Positions 24,901-39,280 of a DNA stretch of 64,000 nucleotides are shown one piece after another. Positions within the stretch are counted from its first letter, which is position 1, and each line of letters starts with the position of its first letter. Origin of the DNA: Octopus bimaculoides (lineage: Eukaryota); NCBI RefSeq assembly GCF_001194135.2, contig NC_068982.1, positions 86,827,420 to 86,891,419 on the forward strand, given 5' to 3'. Under the pieces are notes generated by a model that saw nothing but the letters and a program-made list of their open reading frames with translations, was not told the DNA's origin and ran no database searches. The translations under genes were made by a program, and so were the position numbers.

Positions 24901-27638
24901 TATATAATCTTTTACTTGTTTCAGTCATTGGACTGTGCCATACTGAGGCACCACTTTGAAGGGTTTAGTTTAACAAATATATGCTTATTTTAATGTTTAA
25001 GCCTGGTACTTATTCTATCAGTCTCTTTAGCTGAACCATTAAGTTATGGGGTTGTAAGTAAACCAATAACTAGTTGCCAAATGGTATGGTGAACAAACAC
25101 AAACATGAAAGTACACACACACAAACACGATGGTCTTCTTTTAGTTTTCATCTACCAAATCCATGCACAAGGATTTGGTCAGTTTGAGGTTATTGTAGAA
25201 GACATTTGCCCAAGGTGCCACATAGTGGGAGTGAACTTAGAACCATATGATTGGCAAGAAAATTTCTTACCACACAAGTATCTTCTACTATAGCCTTGGG
25301 CCAACAAATGTCTTGTGAGTGGATTTGATAGGTAGAACTGAAAGAACCTTTTATGTGTGCGTGTTTGTGCCTCCTTATCCTGAAATTATGTGATGGTTGT
25401 AAGCAAGTGTCATTATCAAACAAGTAGTGTCATCCATTTCCAGTTTTCCCTGGAAATATGTCTGGCCAAGGAAAAATATTACCTTGCTTAAAACAGTTGA
25501 GAGTTGGTGACAGGAAGAGCATTTGGACATAGAAAATGTACCTCATTAAATTCTCTCTGACTCATGCAAGCATGGACATTAAAGCAATGATAATGATACA
25601 CACACACAAATATCAGAGCATACAGAGTAAAGTCTTGATATACTAAAATTATCTCTGCTTCCAAATGAAATGGAGAAATAATCTCAAACATCTAGAATTC
25701 TCTGAAATTTACATGTCATTATGGAAAACTACCTGACTGAAGACAAGAGGGCTGCTGAGACACGTTTCTGCCTCAATAATTACGAGCACATTTATGGTTT
25801 TGGTAATTTGCATAAATGAAACGAAAATGATGTAAGAGTATTTAGAGTGTTTTGTGGCAAATATTTAAACAAGAAAGAGGAATAAAGTGATATTAATTGA
25901 TATATATATTATATATCATTGATTCATTAAAAAAAAAGCCTACTGACTGGTATGTCAATATTGGAATTTTTTATTCTTGAGATTATCTCCCCTTCTCGTT
26001 GGAGTTAATTGCTATTAAATGGTTGGCCTGCCTTTACTGGAAGCGGAGACAGTTTCAATAAATCAAAAACTCACCTTGTATGTTATTTAATATAGCTTTA
26101 TTCGTCTGTATTCAAATACATGTCGCTGGCCCTTGACTTAATTCTTTACATGTGTGTATGTAAATATATCGTAATATAGTATTGAAATATATATTATGTG
26201 TAATATATATATATATATATATATATATTACACATTATCTGATATAAAACATTGGGTAAGAGTGGATAGATATGTTATTCTTTTCAAAAGTTGACTTAAG
26301 TTTCGCTAGAGGTTGGGATCTTCAAGACTGACATACACACACACACACACATATTTACATATACACACACATATTTACACAAACAAACATACACATACAT
26401 ATTTACGTTTGTGCGCGTGTTTGTAATAAGATATACGTAAATATACACAAATACTACTTTTACGTCTTTGGGATAATATTTTACGGTTCGACTCCGAAAA
26501 TATAATAGAATATGAAAGTCAGTTATTTTAATAGCCTAATGAATTACCTTCATAATGATTTATTTATATCACGCTCACTGGCAATGACGTCAGCAGGGAA
26601 GCTCTTAGCGTGGGAACTATGCTGAAACTAGACCGTTGAACTAGTTAATATATCGCCGACTACACTATTCTCTTGTGTGTGTGTGTTTTGTTTTTTCTCT
26701 ATTGTAGAATGAGGGAGTGTCTAGAGTCATTCAACCTGCTAGAAATAGCAGCCAAATCTTCTTTAAATTACACTCTACCTTTTTATGAAAGATAGAACAT
26801 ATTGTTTAATGTAGTCTTATGTATAACTTAACTGTAAAAGAGATGGGATAGTCTTGGCTAGAGTAGCTTCGGTGTTAGGTTTGTTTAATAAAGCTAGTCT
26901 ATACATCTCCATTAGAAGCTCTCTTGTAACAGTTATACTGACTAGCCTAAAAAAACGAATGAATAATTTTGTCTTTATATATATATATATATATATATNN
27001 NNNNNNNNNNNNNNNNNNNNNNNNNNNNNNNNNNNNNNNNNNNNNNNNNNNNNNNNNNNNNNNNNNNNNNNNNNNNNNNNNNNNNNNNNNNNNNNNNNNN
27101 NNNNNNNNNNNNNNNNNNNNNNNNNNNNNNNNNNNNNNNNNNNNNNNNNNNNNNNNNNNNNNNNNNNNNNNNNNNNNNNNNNNNNNNNNNNNNNNNNNNN
27201 NNNNNNNNNNNNNNNNNNNNNNNNNNNNNNNNNNNNNNNNNNNNNNNNNNNNNNNNNNNNNNNNNNNNNNNNNNNNNNNNNNNNNNNNNNNNNNNNNNNN
27301 NNNNNNNNNNNNNNNNNNNNNNNNNNNNNNNNNNNNNNNNNNNNNNNNNNNNNNNNNNNNNNNNNNNNNNNNNNNNNNNNNNNNNNNNNNNNNNNNNNNN
27401 NNNNNNNNNNNNNNNNNNNNNNNNNNNNNNNNNNNNNNNNNNNNNNNNNNNNNNNNNNNNNNNNNNNNNNNNNNNNNNNNNNNNNNNNNNNNNNNNNNNN
27501 NNNNNNNNNNNNNNNNNNNNNNNNNNNNNNNNNNNNNNNNNNNNNNNNNNNNNNNNNNNNNNNNNNNNNNNNNNNNNNNNNNNNNNNNNNNNNNNNNNNN
27601 NNNNNNNNNNNNNNNNNNNNNNNNNNNNNNNNNNNNNN

Positions 27639-27980
27639 GTATCTATGTGTGTAACAATTTTAGAGTTCGGATTCTAGAGTTAGGGTTAGTTTTAGGGTTA
27701 GGGTTACGGTTACGGTTAACAGTCTAGTTAGGGTTAGGGTTAGGGGATTAATACGATATACACCGTTACAGCGCTAACTGTTTTCAACTGAATAGACGTC
27801 AGTGATTAGTAGAAATTATCGAAATAAGACAATTTTTTACATGAAATAAATTCGAATACAAAAATTTTTTTCTGTTCTATAACACAAAATAAGTATACGA
27901 AGTTTGAAAGTCTTTCGGTACCAAAAACACTACATAAAACATAAATGAAAACTGGTGCCCCCGTTTTAAAATAGATCCAA
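27639..27980 (+). mobile_element. Non-autonomous repeat carrying TTAGGG motifs (possibly Helitron/Helentron-like)
   Basis: TTAGGG units at 27680-27745 followed by ~240 bp nearly identical to the reverse complement of 44640-44830. Confidence 0.6.
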
Positions 27981-29776
27981 AAAAAGTCGTGTGCAGGAAG
28001 TGAGATACACATACATGTTTATATATATTATATATCCGTTCAGTACTCAGTACTGTCGTAGAGGTTGATATGCTTTATTTTGGTAGGGTCAGCCTTTTGC
28101 TACTCTGAGTTTCACCTGTTGACATACAGGATCTTTATATCGTACTATTGGTTGCAGTGTACTGGTACACAGCCCTCAAGGTTTCATTATATCGCCCCTA
28201 TTACACATTTCAGTTTGGTATTTAATCTATCGTTTTATTTGTCTAGCCACTAATTTACAAGGCATAGAAGACTACAACATACATAGAACCAATTTTTACA
28301 ACTACTTACTTGGTCGAATTATATTTATCGACCTTTTATCTTTAACAGTGACGGTGGAGTGTTACACTTTTTAGTGGGTGGGAAAATGATATCTGATATT
28401 TCTTAGTTATAACACTTAACGTTTTGAGTTCACAGTCATCCTTTTGGGTCGATAAATTAAAATACCAGTAAAGTACTGTGGCGGACTTCTAATACATCCT
28501 AGATGTAAATGAAATTAAATGGATGAGGTGGTAAACACCCACCACCCAGTACTGGGGTACTGCCGTCGAGGGTTTTAGTCTATCATATTGATGATTTTAG
28601 TACACATTTCACGGTGTGTGTGGTGTGCGTGCGCGCGTGCATACACAGCATAATATAACCTAAAATATTTTTAAAGCTTTTAAATCACAGTTATTTTCTT
28701 TGTACTCAGTAACATTCATAGTTCTTTGATCATCATAAGAAAAGAGAAATGAGAGACTTTCTCTTCTACGGACTGGTTAAGGAACAGTGAAATATGTTAG
28801 GATAATCTCTTTTATTATTCTGTTTAAAGTTTCGCAGCAAAAGGCTTTGAAACTGTAGTTTAACAATTGCTTTATATGTGTGTGTGTGTATATATATGAG
28901 TCCACTACATCTTATAGCAGGAACAGCTGTAAGCTGATGAAGTTCATTATTTGTTGTCTCATTCTCTCTCTCTCTCGTACACACACACACACACACACAA
29001 GACACATAAAATAGTTTATAAACAACATTTTAAAGCCTTTCACTGTGATATTTTAAGAAATGTGAATAATGAAACAGAAAAGTAAAGGTGATTGTCCTAA
29101 CCTGTTTGGCAGTTCACTGACAACTTAGTAGGAGAGAAGTAGACCTTCACTTCTCTTAAGATGTGACCAAAGACATGTGACAAAAAAAACAAACAAACTA
29201 TAATGTTGTTCTCATTTATATACCTAAGTTTGTCTCCTGGTGAAATGGTTTATCCATCAAATTTAGATTATGTATTTTTATACTTCAGACATAGTTATAT
29301 GAATGATGATGTTTGTATCCGAACTGTGGAAACAGCTGTAGAAAAGAGTTAATGTATGACTCGTTCATGAAACTTGCTTTCTTATTATTCTCTCTCTCTC
29401 TCTTTTATTTTTTTTTGTTTTAGTCATTGGACTGCAGGTAATGCTGACGTACCGTCATGAAAGGTTTAATTGTAGAAATCGGTCAGTCTCTTTTACCGAA
29501 CCGCTAAGTTTAGTGGATGTAAACTAACACCAGTTGTCAAGTAGTGAAGGGGTAAACACACACACACACATTTATAGGTGCTGCTTTGCATGCGGTCTGC
29601 TGCAGTATCCATAGTCTATTCTGTGAAATGACCTAATCTGAGCAAGGATGAAGATTAGGGTTCAAGATTTGGGTTTGTGCCCTAAAGCGGATATAGCCAG
29701 GTAAACCTCATGCTAAAGTCGCACCCTCTACACGCATACACACACATGACAGGTTTCCGCTGAGTTTCCGTCGACA

Positions 29777-30110
29777 CAGGAGTTCTCAACCATTTTTTAT
29801 CCATGGACCCCTTTGATTACTGTTTTATTCTGGTGGACCTCCATAGTTTTATAGAAAATTCTTTCAAAATTTCTATTTTGTTTTTCACACATTAACTTGT
29901 GTTGGTTGATCTATGTAAAGTGTTAGAGAAAGAAACCTAATTGTTTCTTGCAATACATGTCAATACATACATCAAAATCATTTTTTTTTTTTTTTGCAGA
30001 GGCCATTAGAATACTATTGCCGATCCCTCAGTTTAATATTTTGTTGCATGGACTTGAAAAATCTTATATGGATCCTCAGGGGCCAAATGGACCCCGGTTG
30101 AGAACCACCG
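29777..30110. mobile_element. hAT-type MITE inserted in a SINE
   Basis: 15-bp TIRs CAGGAGTTCTCAACC / CGGTGGTTCTCAACC (Charlie-like). TSD degenerate. Confidence 0.7.
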
Positions 30111-30626
30111 GTTTATACAATTCTCTCACAAGTCTTTAGTCGGCACGGGGCTTCTTTACAAAACCGTCATAGAGGAACTATTTTATTCTGATTGTGAGAA
30201 ATTTCTATTTCAAATTAAAAAATAGTGTCCTAACAGATGACAAAACAGACATTAGCTAATTTTGTATTTAACGGTCTTGTCGACNNNNNNNNNNNNNNNN
30301 NNNNNNNNNNNNNNNNNNNNNNNNNNNNNNNNNNNNNNNNNNNNNNNNNNNNNNNNNNNNNNNNNNNNNNNNNNNNNNNNNNNNNNNNNNNNNNNNNNNN
30401 NNNNNNNNNNNNNNNNNNNNNNNNNNNNNNNNNNNNNNNNNNNNNNNNNNNNNNNNNNNNNNNNNNNNNNNNNNNNNNNNNNNNNNNNNNNNNNNNNNNN
30501 NNNNNNNNNNNNNNNNNNNNNNNNNNNNNNNNNNNNNNNNNNNNNNNNNNNNNNNNNNNNNNNNNNNNNNNNNNNNNNNNNNNNNNNNNNNNNNNNNNNN
30601 NNNNNNNNNNNNNNNNNNNNNNNNNN

Positions 30627-30677
<51 letters not shown>

Positions 30678-31265
30678 TCTTTTATATGTTTCAACCTTGA
30701 GGTTGTGGCCATGCTTATTTCAATTATTAGACTGCAGCCATGCTGAAGCATGGTCTTCAGGAATTTTAGTTGAACTAATCAACCCCAGTTCTTATTTTCT
30801 TTAAGCCTGGTACTTATTCTATCAGTGTCTTAGGTCGAAACGCTAAGTTATGGGGATGTAAACACATCAGTACTGGTTGTCAAGCAGTGGTAGAGGGGAC
30901 ACACACACACACACTGCTTCTTTTAGTTTCCATGTACCAAATACACTCATAAGACTTTGGTTAGCCCAAGAAAGAAAATGAAACTTAATTTTAAATTAAG
31001 ATTAAATCACAAGTTATATTCTTTCTTGAGAAAGTAATCATTGTGTTGTAAAAGGGAAAAGTTGTTCTCTTGTGATGTACACAACAGTTACTATCATATT
31101 TACGTTTTAATCTGCCAGCTTGTATTAAGACTAAATATGTAAATCATCGTTTCAGATCTCGCTGTACACTATGGTTGGCAGACATAAATATTGATCAGCA
31201 AATAGTTTGTTTACTGAAATTATAATCAAAGCCAGTAGCTTGTTTAGGTCCAAAAGGTCTGGGAC

Positions 31266-31308
31266 TTCTGGCTGACGAAATACACGTCGAAACACTGATG
31301 TCTCGGAA
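31266..31308 (+). ncRNA. Type-I hammerhead motif (stem II decayed), family 3
   Basis: TTCTGG CTGACGA aatacacgtc GAA ACA ctga TGT C TCGGAA. Stem I is 6 bp with two GU pairs, stem III is ACA/TGT, triplet GUC. Confidence 0.55.
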
Positions 31309-31637
31309 TCACTTGCATCATTGTCGTTGTAAAAGGGAGTTGTTCTGTGATGTACACACCAGTAACTAGCATATTTGCACCCGAATCTGCTGGAACGTAT
31401 TAAAAATAAACATGCAAATCATCGATTAACAGTGTCTGTTTACTTCGAAGTATCGCTGTTAAAATTGACTTCCAAGGCATATATTAATATAAACAATCCC
31501 ATTAAGCTAGCAGGCTGATCAATCGATTGATAAAAAGATGGATTTGCAGGAACATGACTAGTTTTGGGTCCTGTCAGATATTCACAGACCCTTCCTAGCC
31601 TCTCTATCTTCCAGACCCAATATTTCAGCTGAATCTT

Positions 31638-31671
<34 letters not shown>

Positions 31672-33183
31672 ATCCAGAGTTGTACTTATCTTGATAAAGG
31701 ACTTGATTTGAGATTTATGAATTGTAGCTGAAACTAATTATGCCATCGTGGAAGAGAAGAGTCATTTTAACCATCTATATGAAACACATAAAGACTGTTA
31801 TATTCATCTTCCATTTATTTCTTAACAGTAACCGTAGTGTCAAGCAGTTTCATCGGACTTTTGCAACCTGGTCCCTGACACATCGTATCGTATCCCATCA
31901 TCATTGCATTGCAACCAGTTTTCTGACCGAAACAACGAACTGTGTTTCCAATATTTTTTCAATTGCTGATAATGTCTGTCTGTTCTAATTTCAAACATAA
32001 AAATGCTACTATTTTTATTATGGTGACAAGAGACTGGATGTGAATTTATTAAGTATGGAGCAGAGAACGCTACTGTAAATTTTGCCAGTCGATACCCTTT
32101 GACTGGTACTTTATTTATCGATCCTGAAAGGCTGAAAGACAAAATTTGACTTCATTGGAATTTGAACTCATAGCGCAGTGAATGAGAACATATACTGTAA
32201 AACACTCTATTCGATGCCTTAACGACTCCTCCACTTCATCACAAATGCAGTTCTACTGCATGTTGCTAGTCTATTACTAATGAGTTTTAAACATATCTGA
32301 AGTTTACTTTTTTTTCCTTTTCTTTTTGTTTTTGTGTAATTTTGTTTGGTTCTTTTTCTGCATTGTTTTTAGATTCAGCTTTAACCACTTCAGTGTAATA
32401 TAGGGAGTAACTTTTTAGTGGTGATGGTGGTTTGGGAGAGGGAAAGTTGTCCTTTTGTGTGTGACTGAAACTATCTTTTTACCTTTTTAGATTTGGCCCT
32501 GTGAGTCTTTTATTGTTAATTTTAAATTTGGATTTGTAGGTGTTTTGTCACTGTCAAATTCAAATCCTCTTTGTTTCTCTTGAAATGTGACTTTACTTGA
32601 AAATAGGTGAGGGTGGTGATAGGAAAAATATCTCGCCATAGTAAAATCTGGACAAGCTCTGTTCAATGCACGCAAACTGGGAAAAGTGGACGATAATATT
32701 TTATTTAATTAATTATATTTATTAATAGTATATTTTTCTCATGTGGGTGTGTTTTGAACTTATGAAGACACCATTTGTTATGTATTTATTTATTGTCTCA
32801 CTCTCTTCTAAGTCCAGGAGTAAACAAATTAAAATGTTTTCAGTGACTGGCGTGTTCTTAAATCATAGAAAAACGACACAGAAATAGGCACTATTAAATA
32901 GTATTAACCTTATTATAACACCCTAGGATCAAGTGTGTTTCACATACATACAAGGACTGACACTCATATGTATTACATAACATTACATCATTGGAATTGT
33001 AATTCAGGGTGGAATATTACATAGGAAACTGGATCTACAAATCAACTTGTGAAATACCAGTTGTAAAAATAGGCAACGAACAAGCGTCAACATTAGCAAC
33101 AATAGTTTTTTTATATTTTATTTGAACACCAAAAGGATATTCCAGCATAGAATTGGGTGTGACAAATATATGTGTGTGCGCGT

Positions 33184-33219
<36 letters not shown>

Positions 33220-36149
33220 AAATATATTCAAATGAATAATAGTATCAACTGACGATAATGAATCATGATCTAGAATATTCAGAGGAAGTCCCAATTAAAG
33301 AGAAAACACCCCTCTTACAATAATAACAAACTTTCTGGTTAGACAACTCCAACTGGTTTCGTTACCTACGTCATTATGTAACGAGATATTGTTGGATGGG
33401 GTGGGTGAGAGAATTGTGAGTGGTGATAGTAGAAATGCCTGTAAGGCAGAAGTAGGCAACAAGATATAAGTGGTCTGTGTGGGTAAAAGGGTATTACACG
33501 ACATATAATAATAGGTATTTAAAAATGTCTGTCCTGATAACAGTTAGCATTTAAATACATTTACTTATTTATCGGATTATCAATTACATTGATATTTTAC
33601 GCCATGCCAAAATTTCTCGTAAAAGAGCCAAGCCTTTACAGTGGAATCACATGCCGCTAAATACTACTAGAAGAATTTGTGTGTGTGTGTATGCTTGTGT
33701 ATATATGTTCTTGTGTGTGTGTGTACATATATTCTTTCCTTCTTTTACTTGTTTCAGTTAGTGGACAGCTGCCATGCTAGGGATCACCCTAGCATGGCAG
33801 CTGAAGGATTCAGTCAAGCAAATGACTGAATCCTTATTTTAAGTCTGGTACTTATTTTATCGGTTTCCTTTTGCCAAATCATTAAGTTACCGAGATGTAA
33901 GCAAATCAACACTAATTATCAAGTGGTGGGCAAACAAGCACAGATGTACCTATGTGAGAAGCTTCCACATAATTTCTACTTTATAAATTCGCTTACAAGG
34001 CTTTGGAAGAAGACTTGCTCAAGGTATCATATTTTGGGAACTCGAAACTACAAGACTGTGAAGGGAACTTCTCAACCACACAGCCATACCTTGATAATTT
34101 AATTTATAAAATGGGGACATACTTAGATAAATTGCTTAATAATTCAAGTAGTTTTATGATGAGTAAAATAAAGTAAAAAGAAGTTGAAATCAACCAGATA
34201 AGCGATCAGACTTGATATAAGAATGTGAAAGGATGTGAAAATTAACATTTCATTTTCTGAGCTGAGATTCGAAACTGAATCTAAGGGTTCTTGTTTGTCT
34301 GATCCACCACTGGCTGAACAGGCATGAAAGAAGTTTTTTTGTCCTGTCAAAGTGATGGATGGATTTCCATCCAACCTCCAACCTATGGTATGTCTGTTCT
34401 TCTAGCTAGGATGACCATTATAAATACAGTCAGATATACAACAGAAGAGCAGACAGCCAGTAACAGGCAAGCAGTCGAGAGACAGCTTGCGTCAGTCAAG
34501 CAGCCAACAGAGAGCCATACATTCAGCATGAACGACACAACACAGTAGCAGTCGCACAACACAAACAGACAAGACAGAAAGAAAACACAACCTGACCGAA
34601 TGACCAACACACACACAGACACAAAGCATGCCTGGTTCTACCTCATCAAATCAACACAATATTTCTCTTGTTCATTTTTACTTCACCAACTTGAAGCAGT
34701 TGGTAACTTCATGTAGCGGCCTTCCTTGGTATTGTGTATCAAATATGTAAATGCAAGTGTGGATTAAATATATTATTTAAATTACAATCTGATGCTTTCC
34801 TCATTGTTTTACTATCTTCATCTGCCACATCAACAACACCTTTTGCTATATATCTCGCTACAAAAACATTAAAATTAATTAAAAATAGATTAAAATGTAA
34901 TACTTGTGATAACAGCATTATAAATCATACAATCTGAAATAGTATTCCTAAAATAGAACATATATATCTATCTCCCACTCTCTTATTGTACTCTTGCAAA
35001 TTTCCTGCCTACTCATTCTTTCTAGTACTCTGTGCCACTTCACTTGTATTTACCTTACTATACTTTGAGGGTATCCCTGACACATTTTCACCATTTTCTC
35101 TCTCTCCTTTCTGTTGAGGGTAGCTATGTATCTCTTCTACAGCAAGACACCTGTCCCTCTATCATACTTTAATCTGTCATCACCTGGCATAAGCCACTTC
35201 CCTCAATAATACTTAGTCAAGGAGTGTTTGTCTTGCAAGTTACTTGGTGACCTCACTGGTGCTGGTGCTGCATAACAACATTTGGGCTTTTTTATTGGAT
35301 GCTCGATGAGATCTGAGTCATTGATGTAAAAACCTGGAAGATACTGACCAGCATAAACAATTTTCATATCAAAAGTGATGTAGACAACCTCTACTTGAAG
35401 CAAAAACAAGGAGAAAGGCTTAACATCAGTCCAGACTGCTTTTTGAATGTCAATATATCTTTTTGACAACATCTTTTCACCACCAAGTGTCAAAAGGCAT
35501 CCCTTGACCAGTTTGCTTACATGAGGCAGATAGTATCATAAAACTTGGAAAGCTGCTCCTTGAGCAATATTTCTTGTCTGAAAACCTTCAATACATGCCC
35601 AAAGATGTTGCATGACTCTACTGCAACATATCATTAAATGAAAGGATGTATGTATATTAGCAGAAGAACATGTATGGATATGTCAGCAGAAAGCTCCAGG
35701 ATGACAGTAACATTGATAATCAAAGCAGTCTATCATGGATCAACAGCCAGACTAACTCTCACTTTGAAGAGTATGCATTTTCAATCCAGGAATAGGCAAC
35801 AACCAAATACCCGAAGCACAAAAGGGACAGAAACACAGGTAAAACATCAAAATGTGATAACTGATGCAGACTTTGTGGAGTTAACACTGAATATATCACC
35901 CACATCATAAGCAGTTGTCCAAAAATATCATCATGTTATCTAATGATGAAACCTGATGTTGTAGCCAAGACACTGTATAATGAGATCTGTCGGAAGAGTA
36001 ATCCTTAGCCCCAAGAAATAAGAAACCATGGTATAGTAGAGTCCATAGGCACTCATAATATGGAAGAGTACTGGTGGAATGTCCCAGTGAAAACCTCTAA
36101 TATGTAAGCATAATAGACCAGGCATATATATATATATATATATATATAT

Positions 36150-37500
36150 AAGCTGCACCAGTCCTTGCAAACCTCATAATGGGTTTTTTTGAATTATCAC
36201 TATATGAAATCTCAGGCCAGAAATTTGGACACCTTTTCCACATCTACTTAATGGATAACTGGAAAAGATACTTGGATGATTGTTTCATCATATGGTTGGA
36301 ATCCTATGAAAAACTTCTAGAATTCAAAACCATACTTAACAACATACATCCCAGCATTTAATTCACTATGGAATTCAGCAAACATCATCTCCCTTTTCTT
36401 GATCTCTTAATTATAAAAACACCTAATAACCAAATCACAACCGAATTCTACCACAAACCTACAGATTCACAACAATACCTCCTTTTCAGCTCATACCACC
36501 CAAAACACACCAAGATAAATATCCCCTTCAATTTAGCTAAAAGAATTTGCACCATTGTCTCTGACCCAACCACTCGAGAAATATGCTAACAAGACCTCAA
36601 AAAAACACTATTACAACGCCAATATCCCTCCACACTCATAAACTTTGGAATAAAACGTGCCAAGGAACTTGACAAAAACACACTAAAAACCAACCAACAC
36701 AGCAACCCCAAAATACTTCCATACATTTCCACCCACAACCCCAAAAACAGCGAAGCATACACCACAATCAAACAAAACCTCCCCTTACTCACCACAGACC
36801 CGAAAATGAACAATATCATCAATACACACAAAGTCCTTAAATGCAAAAGGCAACAGAAATCTTTGAAAAAACTCTTAACCAATGCCAAACTACATACACC
36901 ACTTCCACCCTCATCAGTTAAAAAATGTGCATGCCCTAACTGTGGTACCTGCCCCTACCTACTTGAAGGCTCTGAATTTACCATCAAACGAGGAACAAAG
37001 TTTAAAATCAAGACCAATTTCTCTTGTTCCTCTGGGAACCTCATTTATATCCTCACATGCGCAGGTTGCCAACACAACTATATCGGACAGACGAGCCTCC
37101 CTTTGCGTAGAAGAGTAACAGTCCATAAAGAACAAATAAATCTCCCACAACACCGCCAAATTCCACTCAGTGGCCACATAAACTCTTGTGCCAGAAACAA
37201 AAACCCTAAATTCCTTATATTTCCTTTCTATCAATGTAAAGACAGAATCTCCACACAAGAAAGAATCAACAAGGAGAATCTTTTCATAGAGAAATTCCAA
37301 CCACTTCTTAACACACAAACCACTCGGTGACCATATTTCTCTAAGAACAGACATAAACTTCTTGTTGACAAAGAGTCCAGAACTCCAACTAAAGAGTATA
37401 AAACCCACAGAATTGTCTTCCCTTACACACACTTCCTGTTTTGACACCACACTTCCTGCTTAACACATAAACTTTCAACCCCCTTTCTTTTTTAAACAAA
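36150..37500 (+). mobile_element. Decayed Penelope-like element (Neptune-like), 5'-truncated RT + GIY-YIG
   Basis: APVLANLIMGFFE, WKRYLDDCFIIW, LPFLDL and HKPTDSQQYL (RT and thumb); CPNCGTC, NLIYILTCAGCQHNYIGQT and H residues (GIY-YIG with CCHH). Stops and frameshifts present. Confidence 0.92.
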
Positions 37501-37854
37501 ACACAACTCTCAGTTTCATGCATCCTAATTTTTCCAACTATTATCTACATGGATTACTATTGAACTTTAAAAGCTCAAAGACAATATAATGTATTGGTAT
37601 ATTTATTTTTTTATATATTATTTTTTACTTTTTTGTAAAAAACATTTTCATTTTCCCTCTTCTTGAAAATTTGCCATGCAATGAAAGCCNNNNNNNNNNN
37701 NNNNNNNNNNNNNNNNNNNNNNNNNNNNNNNNNNNNNNNNNNNNNNNNNNNNNNNNNNNNNNNNNNNNNNNNNNNNNNNNNNNNNNNNNNNNNNNNNNNN
37801 NNNNNNNNNNNNNNNNNNNNNNNNNNNNNNNNNNNNNNNNNNNNNNNNNNNNNN

Positions 37855-37889
<35 letters not shown>

Positions 37890-38304
37890 GTTCAGATGCT
37901 GGACCTCACCAAGGAAATGACAAGAGATTGGGAGACTGTACTTGGTAAGACGCATCAAGCTAAGTAAAATCGCTGTCTTCCACGCATACAAGCTTGCCCT
38001 TTCAGGTGGTGCTGGTGCCACATAAAAAGCACCTGTGCTGGTGCTGTGTGAATGCACCTGTGCTGGTGCTGCATAAATGAGCTTGTGGTGGTGCTGCATA
38101 AAAGCATCCATGCTGGTGGCATGTAAAAAGCACTCAGCACACTGTTTAGTTGTTGGCATTAAGAAGGGCATTCAGCCATAGAAACCACAACAGACAATTG
38201 GTGTCTGGACAGCTCCCAGCTGGTCAGCTTCATGTCAAACTCACCAACCCATACCGGCTTGGAAAACGGACATTAAACGATGATGATGATATAAAACATA
38301 TATA

Positions 38305-39221
38305 CGAGGGGGTACCCAAAAGCAAGCAGAAATGTTCTCTGTGGGACAAGCCTGTTGTAGTTTGGGCTTCCACCACTAGAAGCCACTTGATGCAACCCTC
38401 CGACATTTGTCTGCTGGCCAGCATCATTGGGTGAGATCATACTGCCATGTGGTGTGTCTTTGTTTTGCATTGCTTCTCTCCTGTTCATCGATTTATGTGA
38501 TGGCTGAAACAAAGGAACTGCATGCTTCCGTGAAATTGTGTTTTCTGCTGGGGAAAACAACAACCGAAACAGTTGTCATGCTTCAAATAACTTACAAGGA
38601 CACTGCCATGAGCAAAACACAAGTTTACAAATAGTTTTCATGCTGTAGGAATGGTCACTTGTCGCTTGAAGACCAACCTCATCCAGGATATCATTCAGGA
38701 CATCATTGATGTCCTGAATGAATGGAAGCATCATTAAAATTCATGAACTGATCTTGGAGGACTGTCACTGAACAGTTGATGAACTTGTTGATATGATTGG
38801 TGTGTATTGGAGCTCTTACCAATAAATTTTGAGCAAGAAATTATGAATGAAAAGAGTTGCAGCAAAATTTGTGCCTCACTTGTTCACAGAAGATCAAAAG
38901 TAGTCACGACTGAATGCATGTCATGAACTGAAAGAACAGCTGGAAGTTGATCCAGACCTTTCTACAAAGGTCATCACTGGTGATGAAAGCTGGTGCTATG
39001 GAATTTGTAGATGTGGAAGAGGTGATAAAAACGACGGTGGTGTTAAAAGCATCAGTTCACAAGAGTTCCAACATGCTTTGAACAGTGGAAAATGTGTGTG
39101 GACCAATGCATTGCTTCAAAGGGAGAATACTTTGAAGGCAATAAAAGTGTAAACATGTAAAACTAAGTGAATAAAATAAAATAACATTGCAAAATTCTGG
39201 TTTCTTTTGGGTACCCCCTCG
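38305..39221 (+). mobile_element. Internally deleted mariner (917 bp)
   Basis: TIRs CGAGGGGGTACCCAAAAG with TA flanks. VKLCFLLGKTTTET, FVPH and VITGDESWCYG are followed directly by the C-terminal helix. Confidence 0.9.
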
Positions 39222-39227
39222 TATGTA

Positions 39228-39280
<53 letters not shown>

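Noticed and set aside
27680-27745. TTAGGG repeats as a true telomere or fusion scar
   Set aside because: They are short, degenerate and embedded in a dispersed repeat that recurs at 44640-44996.
34324-34622. TATAAAT plus short overlapping ORFs suggesting another gene
   Set aside because: No homology cues, splice structure or additional promoter motifs.
35180-35640. Coding-like minus-strand stretch (IFGHVLKVFRQEILLKEQLSKFYDTICL...KRCCQKDILTFKKQ)
   Set aside because: Multiple stops and no family I can recognise; possibly a retrocopy. A tblastx search would be needed.
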